The notes under the pieces are model-generated. The model made no database searches and was not told where the DNA came from. It saw only the letters and a program-made list of their open reading frames with translations. 64,000 nucleotides of DNA, taken from NCBI GenBank assembly GCA_951406725.2, contig OX597827.1, positions 83,328,001 to 83,392,000 of the forward strand, written 5' to 3'. Position 1 is the stretch's first letter, and each line of letters opens with the position of its first letter. The position numbers and the translations under genes were made by a program. Positions 51,731 through 64,000 of the stretch are shown here, one piece after another. This DNA is from Octopus vulgaris (taxonomy: Eukaryota).

Positions 51731-54700
51731 ATAACAGTTTCATAGTTGCAGAAATAAATTTCATCAACAGGTTGAAGAAAATGAAAAAAAAGAAATTATT
51801 TACTAAATTAGTTTATTTACATACATTTAATATTTACAGTACATTTTTATAAGTCAAAAGAAGACTGTCGTAGAGTTACGGCATAAAATTTATATTAACT
51901 AATTCTTCCATAACTAAGCTACAAGAGTTCTGAACAACAATTCAAAATAGCCTTGTTGAATCAGATAAGAGACTTGGCATGACAATGACCAATATCTCAA
52001 GAAAGTGAGTGTCTGGAATCAAGTAACACCCAACGAACACTGATCTATTTCCCAAAAATCAGGGTTTTTATAACTGTTCATACCTGAAATCTAAGAACCG
52101 TATTTCATGAAAGATTTCTCTTTGGCAAAAGTTAGAATTCAAATATGAGCAGTAATTTTAACCAATGAGAAACTAATAATTATACCTATTCAGCCAACAT
52201 AACCATGATGTCATATTACTGCCGATAAAGGTTTAGTGTAGAAAATGAACAAGAGTATATTTTAGATTTAAAAAGAACTTTGTTTATCTTAATTTTGAAA
52301 AATAAAAGAAGTATAAAAAAACTGCATTATTTATGGGATGATCCAATATGTATAAAGACAGACAGAAGTCAATATGTAAAATATTTTTGTATTTCAGATA
52401 CTTGACTATGATACTAGCCACTTTGTTCACTTTGCAGCCATCTTGGTTGTGGGTTCAATCCCACAGTACACCACTTTGGGAAAGTATTTTCTACTTCAGC
52501 TTTAGGTTTATCAATAGCTTGCACATTAAATTTGGTGGACAGAGAGTCTGTGAAAGCTTGGCATATGAGATGGGGTGGGGTTAGATAAATAGGTATGATC
52601 ATCATTTTACATCTGTCTTTCATGCTAGAGTGGGTTAGACAGATCATAATCCAAGCTAGTTCTTATCTGTAGATACAACTTGCCCATACATTCAAATTTT
52701 GACTTTGTTTTATTGGTACGATGTCCTTCCCATCTCCAACCACTTGTACTGGGTACATTTTATTGTGACACTGGAAGTGAGAAAAACCAAGAGGATGCCT
52801 TCTTCACTGCAAGACTAAAGAGTGTCCTCTATGTTCTTTCAAGGGAAACATGACTGAGAAGGTGAGTAGAGGAAAGAGAAAGTAACTAAGAGGCTGAAAG
52901 AAGAGCATGAGTAAAATGGGAAGAGAGGAATGAGAATAATAAGAGAGGATGGCAGGGAAGGGAGGAGTAATGGATGAGAGATAGTGATGGTAGTTGCATG
53001 TTGAATAGGAAAACTATGAACAGCAAGAGAGGATAGCAACAAAAATTAGATGTAATAAGAGTGAGTGAGTGAGTGAGTGGAAACTAGCAACAGATGGTCA
53101 ATGGCAAGGAAGTATCACATAAGAGGCAGTGTGATGACAGAGAGGATATCGAATAGAGACAGGTCAAATCAAATGAAATACCATTCGATACACAGGTGAT
53201 ATACAGTGAAGAGGATAGGTGATAATAAAGAGAGCAGTAGATGGAGACTTAATAGGAATAAAATGGTGAGAGATCTAATATACAACCCTACCGCCATCAA
53301 CACCACCAACTTATTAATCATTTTACCATGCTTGTGTCAGTGGGTTGGTCTTCTCCAGAACTACATATCACCATTCATAATGGGTCTTTGCGAAATCCAC
53401 CTTGCTGAGGTCAGCATTCACCACTTTGTCCTATGTCTTCTTAGCTCATCCTCTTCTGCACTTCAAACTAATAACTTCAAACTCTCAGCACTTCTTCAGA
53501 CACATAACACTATCTCCCAAACAAATCACATTCCTGAACCAACAGTCTTCTCCCTTACACACTACATCTGATTTTTCATATATCCAGCTTTTTCTCTCAA
53601 CTCATCTATCCACCATCCTTCATGCACCACTAACATTACACATCCAGTTTTTCCTAGCTATTGCAGAACTTCTACATTCAAGAAACAAGTTTTGCTATAC
53701 TACCTTGTATACAGAGTGCAATAAATGTGTTGGGGGGGGGGTCCATTAGCATGTGAGGTTCACTTGATCAACAACATCTTGCAATAGTGCACAGGGGCAT
53801 AGAAATAATTAAGATGGCAAACAAGTTCTGGTAAAAAAAACATCATAGACTTTGAATTCTTATCAGAACATCTATCTAGAAGAGAGGTAGTTCCATAGCT
53901 ATAGTGAGATGATCTATCAGCACCACACTGCTACCTTGTGGGTAAACTTAAGAAAACAAAAGCCTGAAGAATACACTCAAGGTAAAAAAAAACAAAAACT
54001 GGCAGTTAGCTTTAAAGCCGTTTCTGATAAGACTGGATTTCCAGTAATGTCCTGAAGATGGAGCAGTTTTGCTAGTAGGTCTATACCTTTCAAAGCAAAA
54101 ACAGCAATAATGGAAAATGTGCACCTCCCCAGTGCACTGCACAAATATTTTCTACTGCAACATGGACCCCTGGCTCTTAAGAGTGGATGTTGTTGTTGTG
54201 GCAACTTAAGTATCACAAATAGCTGTGACAATATAAGACTGCCACTTACATAGTTTCCTCACTCGTGACAGTACATGGCAGGTATATCATAGGCAGTAAC
54301 AGTTGCAATTCTTCAAATGCAATTAGTTACATCTTCCACTGATGTTACCCATTTAGTATACTCTTCATAGAATCCACAATTGTAGAAGGCGGTCTATAAT
54401 TTGAAGGAGAGGCTGGCCATCATCAAATTTAATGGACAACCCTTAGCAAGCCAGTTGGTATTGACAGGTAATTTCAATGAGAAATACCTTAGATTATTTA
54501 TGTCCAACTGAGTTATCTCCACTTACACTAATGTTCACTCTGCCTTTTGTATCTTATAAGATTGATGAAAGAGTACCAAAGCAGTAGAGTCGATATAAGT
54601 GACAAAATCCCTCACAGATGCTGCCTCAATATGGCTGTAGTCTAATGACAGAAACTGGTGAAAAGACAAAAGAAACTATAGGATTTGCAGCACTATCTAA

Positions 54701-54819
54701 CCCACTAGAGTATGGAAACCCCATAAAATTATAATAGATGCTAAAACTTGTGTAAACTTACATGCTGTTATTAAACATTATTATGAAACAATATTCTTAT
54801 TTGGTTTTTAATCAACATC

Positions 54820-55300
54820 CAAGCTGTTACCACACATACACATTGTTACACTAACATCTACATTTGAATACTGTTCCCTTATCTGGGACAACGCTGCTGC
54901 TGCTGCTGCTGCTGCTCTACAAACATCAAAAACAAAACCATCAGCCTGATTGACAAAAACTCACCAATACAAGCTCTCCCCTATAGACTGCCCCACCCTT
55001 TCTCTCTCTCTCTCATCTCCTCTCAACCACTTTTACTATGGCCACTGCACCTCTGAGCTAGCTAGTTGAATTCCATGTCCACCTGAGTCCACCCTTTTAT
55101 CCTTGTCATATTGTGTCACACCTCACAAACTCTCCACAAATCCGACCTCTGGAATCTATCTCTCCCTACCTCCATTTACTGTGGAACATAAACCATATTC
55201 ACCCCCAGCAGCATGGGAGGACCTGTGAATGCCATCAATACAGCCCCTCCTCTACATTGAGCCATAAACACCCCCACCCCACCCCCATTGCATACTGAAC
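54820..55300 (+). mobile_element. Old non-LTR (CR1/L2/Jockey-group) RT C-terminal fragment
   Basis: TFEYCSLIWDNAA and FYYGHCTSELAS remnants. Confidence 0.5.
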
Positions 55301-56676
55301 TACTACACAGTATTGTTTATTTAGACACAAGTGTGAGGTGGGGGAGTATATTTGTGTCTGTGTGTCTGCAGATTTACAGGCATGTCCTCTTCATCACTGA
55401 CATCTCTGATAAATCTAGTTTGAAAGCCTGCTATTTATTATAACTGTCAATTAGGTCATATTTTCAGTAGATATTATTAGTTGTACAGTCAGTGAATATT
55501 TACTGTAGAGCAATAATGGTCATTTGAAAAATATTATTAGAAGCAACTTTTTTCTTTTTCTTTTCTTTTTTTTTCACAAACATTCATAAATCAGTTTATG
55601 TGGAACTACTTCCTTAATATTATCATACATCAAACCTCATCATTGCTTGACTAATGTGTATGTATTCCTATAATACATTACATACTCTGCACTAATTTGG
55701 GACTATCTTCTATACATGTCATGCCCTGACACTAACCCATCAACCCTTTAGACTCACACTCACCCTGTCAATGCAGGGGTTTACAAACAATAGTAGCCCT
55801 TAACTTCAAATCTTCCATTTCAAATCTTCCATTTTATGTCTAGTTAACAACAGATTGTTATCAACTTTACACATAACGAGGAAGATATGTAAATATTTCT
55901 AATAGAAACAAGTGTCTCCCAACTGACTGCACAATATCCAACATAAACCTACGTCACCAGTTCAATAAAGCTGTCTTCAGATACACTGGCAAAAGATTGT
56001 TCTAATGTCACTACTTTGCATGGGGAATGTGAAAATATTTAGTCAAAACAAAACAACATTAATGAATTGGCTATTATGGCTGAAGGTGAAAGTAGTAAGA
56101 TTAATGGCTGTGAGAGTTATTAGAATTGATGCTGCAGATAGCCTTGAGCAAACCTCTAACCTCATCTAGTGTTATGTATACAACACTCTTCAGTTTCATA
56201 GTAAAAATTCGAGAATGAATCATAGAAAGCAAAAGAGAATGAAAACACTAGATGAAGCAATTCAGAACTTGTACAGTAGGGGGGGGGGGGGTGCACGCGT
56301 GTACATTCATATTTATTATTCTATGATTCTGTGTATACAAGTTGTGAAAAGTTATTTACAGGAGTGAATATAAATAATGTTATTTTCCTATTGTCGATTA
56401 TTGTAGCTGTAATTGGTTACAGCATCAATGTCATTAGGACAGTGTGACCTTGCTGTGTTGTTGTTCTACATAGCAATTGATTCAGGTCATAACAGTCTTT
56501 CTACGATACTAACATCTCAAAGGAATGGTAGAGGCAGAGAGTTGTAAAGGATTTCTCTGTAGCAAGTTGTAGGTAAAAATGAAGTGCTATATTCTAGAAA
56601 TACAAATAGTTAATGCGTACATGTTGTAAAACAGCAGCAGTAGACGGCAGCAGCCTAGTTTCCCAGAATAGAACAG

Positions 56677-56707
<31 letters not shown>

Positions 56708-57005
56708 ATGTGATGATGTCAGATAATATCAACATCTCTTACTAAACAAACTTTCAATACTGAAATGATCAGCTAGCAAAGCCAATAATTAGATTCCAAT
56801 GAATAACATAATAAAATGGACAGCAGGTAACTTATTTCATTAAAATTAAGAAATATCAATTACTCAAACTGAAAACATAAATATTTGATTCATTAAACTC
56901 AAATATATCTTTGCAAGGAAAAACAGATGACTAACTACAGTGTGTTGTTGAGACATTTGAAAATCTGCAAATTATAAACAGTGTTTCGGTTATTAAATAA
57001 TACAG

Positions 57006-57051
<46 letters not shown>

Positions 57052-58894
57052 AGACTCAGCATGAAATTAGGTCCCATTGCCATACCAGAGGAATGGAATG
57101 ACAATTGAACTATTACATTGTAACTTATGGCTAAATAACAGAAACTATCCCACAAGAAAGTTGAAGTTCAAGTAACAAGTAAGATGGAGTCAATGATCCC
57201 AAATGCAGTTCTTATTTGTAGCTATTTCCCTTATCTTCTCAAGGGTCCATTCTTCCAACCTCTAAATCCAATAGAGTTAGTTAAACACCCATCGTTAGAT
57301 TTCTCATCAGAAAAGGTCAAACAACAAACTATTTCCACAGTATACAGAATAAATAAATATTTGACTACTGAAATTCTTCATTTTAAGATTTTCAACTGCA
57401 CCAGTTACAGAGATGACAACAGATTAAAAGAATAGAAATTTTCCTGATAGAAAAAAGAAAAGCAAATATGAAAAGAGTGTCAAATATTTAACTTTGTAAA
57501 TGAAATTTATATTTATAATTATCCAAAATAGTGTGAAATATTTAACAGTATTGGTAAATGCACTCACAAACTTCTTTAAAAAGACAACTACAAGTATTAC
57601 TGCATGTTTGCAAAATTTTAACAGTATTTAAAAGTATACATAATATCAATATGTATATGCTTGCTTTTGAAGCAATTATACCTAAGGAAGAACACACACA
57701 CACTTAGTACATTCAATTTCACTGTGCATGCCAAGTGTTTTGCACTAATCATTTCCTACATGAGAACAGACAACATGTAGGAGCAGCAGGGTAAGTTACC
57801 AAAAATTTCAGTATTATAGTTTCCCCAATATTTTACTGAGCAAGAATTAAAGAAATAACCAACTATGGTATACAGTAAATATATAACAATTAGTTTTATT
57901 CCAAAGCATTGGAGGGCGTGCTATCAATACAGTCGAGTAATGATTCAATACCTTCAAACAGACACAAAGATCACTCAAACAAATCATTAAAATAGTTTGA
58001 AAGAACCATCAATTGACTAAAGTTCATTAGGCAACTATTATGTAGTAATTATTTACACAACAGATTACCTTCAACCCAGTGCAGTAAAATAAACAACCTT
58101 AAACACTAAATATCACCTTAATGTATGACAACATTTGATATTGTGTCTGAAAGAAAGTTATCTTTTGTAGTCATTTTTATTAGTCACAACTGTTTACTTC
58201 AAATTATTTCATTTAAACAAGATTCCATAACTATGTAATCAGACTAAAGTCTCGTTACACAATGAAAATTTTATATTTTGGCACATTGTTTTTGCTAAAC
58301 ATTGAAAATTGTTAAATGAGTATATTTCTAACTGACACTAAAATGTTTTAAATAATAACATATTTAAACAAGGGACATTTAAAATGAATCAAACACAAGA
58401 AGTTTTGTTAGGATATAAAATTCTAATAAAAGGAGATTCGCTATTAAATGTTGCACTTAAAAACAAAAGTGTTTTTATTTCAGAAACAACTAAGCAATTA
58501 ATGTCAACTTTATTCTGCAGTTTCTCTATATTTACTTCAACAAATTTGTAATATATATATAGAATAAAAATAAAACAAAAAGTATAAAAGAATAAAAATA
58601 TATTAAAAAGTGGACAGAAACATTTTAGCAGAGACAAAGCAAGTTAAAAGAGGATAACACATTCTATTTCTAAGGTGACACTGCTCTAAGGGAGGAGTTA
58701 TCACAAACTATCAGAGTCTATGTGGTGGGTGCATGCATGCACGTGTGCGTGTGCATCTATTCAGTGACTATGATCCAGTAGGGAGTTATTGACCAACATG
58801 AAAACAAAAACAAAAGCTTGGCTCTTTTCCTTGCTTACATATCAACAGTTTCCAATGCCACCACTCCTCCCTCTCTTATATTTCACATTTTATC

Positions 58895-59292
58895 TTTTTC
58901 TTGTTTCAGTTATAAGACTGTGGCCATGCTGGGGCATCACCTTCAAGGATTCTTAATTGAATGAATCAACACCATTACTTTTTTCTTTCTTTTTTTAAGC
59001 CTGGTACTTAATCTATCATTCTCTTTTTGTCAAATTGCTAAGTTACTGAGACATAAACATAGTAACACCATTTGTCAAGCAGTGGTGGAGGAGGACAAAC
59101 ACAGACACAAAGACACACACACATACACTGGGTTTCTTTCAGTTTCCATCTACCACATCTACTAACAAGGCTTTGGTCGGCCTGAGGCTATATAGTAGAA
59201 GACACTTGCCCAAGGTGTCACACAGTGGGACTGAACTTGGAATCATGTGATTGAGAAGAAAACTTCTTACCGCACAGCCATACCTGCACCTA
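58895..59292 (-). mobile_element. CORE-type SINE, near full length, with CR1-like tail
   Basis: Tail tgtttcagt..gactgtggccatgctggggca and head cgcacagccatacctgcacct. Confidence 0.88.
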
Positions 59293-59299
59293 AGCAGAA

Positions 59300-60190
59300 A
59301 TATTTAGTTGTTCTGAGATCAAATCCTGCATGGCTTCACTTAATTTTTCCTCCTTGCAGAGTCAGTAGATAGCAGCCAAATACTGGAGACAGTTTACTCC
59401 CTCCCACAAAATGTGTCACATTATGCCAATGTTGTACTAAGATTGGTGTGATCAACTTACCTCTTCCTCTCAAAATGGCTAGCCTCGTACCAAAATCAGA
59501 AAGTATTATTATTCTTTTTTTTTATAATTATTATTACTAAGATGGCAAGCTGGCAGAATCATTAGCACACTGGATGAAATGGTTAGCAGTATTTTGTCTG
59601 CCTTGATGTTCTGAGTTCAAATTCCACCGAGGTTGACTTTGCTATTCATCTTTTCGGGGTCAATAAATCAAGTGCCAGTTGATTACTGGGGTTCGATGTA
59701 ATCAACTTAACCCTACCCCCAAAATTTCAGGCCTTCTGCCCATAGTAGAAAGGATTATTATTATTAAGAGCTGGCAGGATCGTTAGTATACCAGAAAAAA
59801 TGCTTAGTGGTATTTCTTCCAACTTTACATTCTGACTTCAAATAGCACAAAGGTCGATTTTGCCTTTTGTCTTTTTGGGGTGGACAAGATAAAGGACCAA
59901 TTGAGTACAAGTGTTGATGTAATCAACTAGTCCCTTGCCACCAAATTTCAGGCCTTGAACCTATAGCAGAAAATTTAAAAAAAAATTTTTTTTTTTTTTT
60001 ATTGCAGTTATTATTCGAGTGGTAGATTATCAGACTGATTAGAGTGTCAGATAGAATGCTTTATGGTGATTATTGCAGCTCTTTCTAGGTCAAGTTTGTC
60101 TTTCATACCTCCAGAATCAATAAAATAAAGTTCCAGTCAAGTACTGGGGTCAATGGAATAGATTCTCATTCTTGTGCCTAACTCAGAAAC
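59300..60190 (+). mobile_element. Head-to-tail cluster of about four second-family (Meta-like) SINE copies
   Basis: Clear copies at ~59538-59755 and ~59765-59970, decayed copies on either side, separated by (TTA)n tails. Confidence 0.75.
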
Positions 60191-60609
60191 TAGTAGCATC
60201 AAAGGGGTGAAGTGACAAAAAATCTCTGACTAAATGCCTCACATCATCTACCTTTATTTTCAAAGTCTGAACATGTTAATGCAACCATTCAATATATCCC
60301 TGCCTCCCTCTCATATGCAATATTGTGCCTATGTTACAAATCATCAACAGCAGCAGAGTGTTGAAGTGACAGAAATAATAAGGCGGCTTACAGTTATGTT
60401 CCTGCAGGTTCTCACCTCTGAGATCAAGTCTGCCTCTCGATTTGTGCAAGGGTCAACAAAAGGTACTCAACTGAAGAAATTATTGTTTTCAAAGACAATA
60501 TTACAAACTGTAGAAATAATTTTCAATTTTAAACATTTGGATTAATGAAAGTAATGAGATTCAAATTTCTATTAAGAATATGTATGTTTTGGTAGATGGA
60601 AACTGAAGA

Positions 60610-60740
<131 letters not shown>

Positions 60741-61004
60741 CTCCATATCTTGGCATCATATGTTTGTTGTAAATGAATGCCATTCATTTCCAATATTCTG
60801 CGGAAATATATGTCTGGCCATGAGGAGATATTACCTTGCTTAGAAAGAGGTATGGGTTGGTGACAGGAAGAGCATCTAACTATAAAAAAAAAATCTGCCT
60901 CAATAAACTCTGCCCAACCCATGCAAGCATGGAAAAGTGGAGAAGATGATGATGATGATGATGATGATGGAGTTATTTGAAATCAAATAAATTTGATTTC
61001 AAAT

Positions 61005-61206
61005 CTGGGTACAAGGCTGGCAATTTTGGAGGACAGGTAAGTCAATTACATTGACTCCAGTGCTCAACTGGTACTTATTTTATCAACCCCGAAAGGATGA
61101 AAGACAAATCAACCTCAGCGGAATTTGAACTCAGGACTTCGAAACAGACAAAATGCTGCTAAGCAGTTTGCTCAGTGTGCTAACAATTTTGCCAGCTCAC
61201 CACCTT
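61005..61206 (-). mobile_element. Second-family (Meta-like) SINE
   Basis: Matches 9025-9237. Confidence 0.8.
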
Positions 61207-62520
61207 ATATCTAAAAATAAATATCAAAACAATATTTAAGAAAAAACTTAAATTATCTCAATCAGTATATCAAACTAAAAAAATTAAATCTGTTACCAGA
61301 AAACCAACGGAGTACAAATTGTAATAAACTGAACCAAATAGATTCTGACTCAAGATTTTGTGAAGTGGGTGTAAGGTGTCTTCTACAACAGCCATGGGTT
61401 TATCAATGCCTTGTGCATGAAAATTGGTAAACAGAAACAAGAAACAGCCCATCATGAGTGTGTATGTGTTTGTTCAGATTGATGGATGGAGGAATGGTTA
61501 ACAGTATCATTTCTTTACAATACTCTGCAAAAGCATGTCCAACCACTGAACTGTTCACTATTCAAAGGACAGCAGGAAATATTTATTTTATTTGGAAACA
61601 GGTGACTGAAAGAGCCATAGAAAAATATGCCCCAATTTTCCTCTAACTTTTCTCTAATTCATGCAAGTATGGAAAAATGTAAGTTAAAATAATAATGATT
61701 ATGTAATTAAAAAAATTGTCATCTACAAAACAAATATCACAAGTATATCTGATATTTTCACTGATAAATCTGTTAACAAGAAAACATTCAAGTTGGATGA
61801 GGCTTCAAATTTCTCTTAATTTAAAAAAAAAAACATTTCTTCACTTTATCAATTTTCAAGGTCAAAGTATTATTGCTCCTGAGATTTAAAGATTTGATGA
61901 GCTAAAGACAAGGAAAACCAGGATTTTTTGTTTTTACTTGCTGCATCTGGGGGAAGGAGAAGCATCCATGCCCCATGCAGGCCTCTGAGACTGATGAAAC
62001 TGATTGTTCCATTTAACTTTTGCAAAACACCTGCAGGAAAAATATTAGAAAGGCGATACTAGAGAATCAATGTTCCTAGGAGGAAGGATAGGGCGTAATG
62101 GTTAGTGCATGGAAGGGAATAAGGAGTAGAGAGATGAGCGAGTCAGGGATGCGAAAATGGTGGAGATATGAGACTAGGCAACTCCAAGGAGTAATAGAAA
62201 AGACGGAGGGAAGAGATAGCCTGTCTGTGGGCTAGGGAAGACTAGAGTGTGTCCATTAGTAACAGGATGCCAAATGAGTGGAACAAAATGGTTCAATGGA
62301 TTAAAAGGAGCATAAACTGAATTATTATGAACTATGACTCATAATAACTCCAGGAAAAATATCCATATATAGTAGTTGATAGAACAATGCTGCTGTCTGC
62401 TCAGTATAATGCTAAAGATTATTTATATGATTTATGCAATCTCTGAAGACTTAATTAGATTGAAAGATTTTCCTTATAAACTTACATTTATTCATTGCTA
62501 ATTAAAATGACATAAGATGA

Positions 62521-63334
62521 TGATGATCATCATCATCATCGTTTAGTGTCCGCTTTCCATGCTAGCATGGGTTGGACAGTTCAACTGGGGTCTGGGAAGC
62601 CAGAAGGCTGCACCAGGCCCAGTCTGATCTGGCAGTGTTTCTACAGCCGGATGCCCTTCCTAACGCCAACCACTCCATGAGTGTAGTGGGTGCTTTTTAC
62701 GTGCCACCGGCACAGGTGCCAGGCGAGGCTGGCAACAGCCACGATCAGATGGTGTTTTTTTACATGCCACCGGCACGAGGCCAATCGGGGCGGCACTGGC
62801 AACGGCCACGTTCAGATGGTTCTTTTACGTAGCATCGGCACTGGTATCACAGCTGCAATTTCCATTGGTGTTGATCGATTTTGATTTTGATTTTCACTTG
62901 CCTCAACAGGTCTTCACAAGTAGAGTTTTGTGTCCCAAGAAGGAAAAGTATGCATAAGTGAACTGGCTACATCCCATGTAGAGGCCACAGGTTATGGTCT
63001 CACTTGTCCTGCCGGGTCTTCTCACGCACAGCATACTTCCAAATGTCTCGGTCTCTAGTCATTTCCTCGGTGAGACCTAAAGTTCGAAGGTCGTGCTTCA
63101 CCACCTCGTCCCAGGTTTTCCTGGGTCTGCCTCTTCCACAGGTTCCATCAACCGCTAGGGTGTGGCACTTTTTTACACAACTATCTTCATCCATTCTCAC
63201 CACATGACCATACCAGCGCAAACGTCTCTCTTGCACACCACAACTGATGCTTCTTAGGTCCAGCTTTTCTCTCAAGGTACTTACACTCTGTCGAGTATGA
63301 ACACTGACATTACACATCCAGCGGAGCATACTGG
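62521..63334 (-). mobile_element. RTE 3' end (ORF C-terminus + 3' UTR), young copy of the 20.4-kb family
   Basis: ORF 63000-63329 MLRWMCNVSVHTRQS..RGRPRKTWDEVVKHDL is intact. UTR repeats and (CAT)n end. Confidence 0.92.
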
Positions 63335-63689
63335 CTATATAAGCAAACTCTCTTGTTTTGTTTTACCTTCTTATGTACTCTGTTACCTACACAAGAGTAG
63401 ATTCCAACCAAATGAAACTCAGACTATATGATGCAAGTCCTCCTCAGTTTTCCCTTTGGATATACAAGAATACATGTGAAGTTCTAAATACTGGTTATTT
63501 GTCAGTTCAATTTAAATGATGAAAGAGAAATTCAAGAAACCAATGCTAAATACAACAGATTAGTGACTTTGAATTTTAAAAAGTCACTTAAAAATTATAA
63601 GAACAAGAAACTCTTGCTCTCTTTTACACATGATATACATTACTAAATGTCTACACAATCTTAAGTCGATGTTCAACACAGCAACATCT

Positions 63690-63815
63690 AAAGCCACCAC
63701 CACCACAACTATCACTCCCATCACCACCACCAGCACTACTACTATAACTACTACTACTACCACCACCATCACCACCACTAGTACTACTGCTATCACAACC
63801 ATCACTACTACTACT
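63690..63815. repeat. (ACC/ACT/ATC)n trinucleotide low-complexity tract
   Basis: Directly visible. Confidence 0.85.
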
Positions 63816-64000
63816 GGATACTGTACTGAATCCTTTATTTCATTGAACCATATTATGACACTACTGTCCATATAGAACAGACCACAACATCTAGTGTTGT
63901 CACAAAGTTCAAAAGACTGTGTTTTTATTTAATAAATGAGAAAGAAATTCAGCTGAAAATGTTAATATATGTAGAAAATAAAACACTACATTAAGAATTT

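Noticed and set aside
61991-62000. CTGATGA-AAC motif
   Set aside because: No stem II or stem I, so a chance match (or a D-box without a C-box).
63584-63875. Thr-rich or Val-rich ORFs (mucin-like or membrane protein)
   Set aside because: Trinucleotide low-complexity tract with no splice or domain support.

Overview
AT-rich, microsatellite-dense eukaryotic DNA. The SINE families and (TA)n/(CA)n load point to a coleoid cephalopod, most likely Octopus (inference). No host protein-coding exon can be supported, so the window looks intronic or intergenic and consists mostly of transposable-element debris. It holds a Tc1/mariner fragment, an internally deleted Ty3/Gypsy, a piggyBac relic, a Tigger/pogo deletion derivative with intact TIRs, several RTE LINEs, two CR1-type LINE copies (one with a ~2.9 kb ORF2 broken by a single stop), Penelope-like remnants and many tRNA-derived SINEs. 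Most long ORFs in the track are microsatellite artefacts. The most interesting signal is a set of type-I hammerhead-ribozyme motifs from unrelated small elements, mostly TA-flanked or foldback (about 14-15, 19.9, 26.1, 28.1, 43.6, 45.9 and 46.2 kb). Several have non-canonical cores: a G3-C8 swap, A6U, or an extra nucleotide after A9. Also notable are a PHD finger inserted inside the RT domain of an RTE family, a twin-priming-like 5' inversion of an RTE, and a covarying 3' stem-loop shared by the CR1 LINEs and the SINEs.
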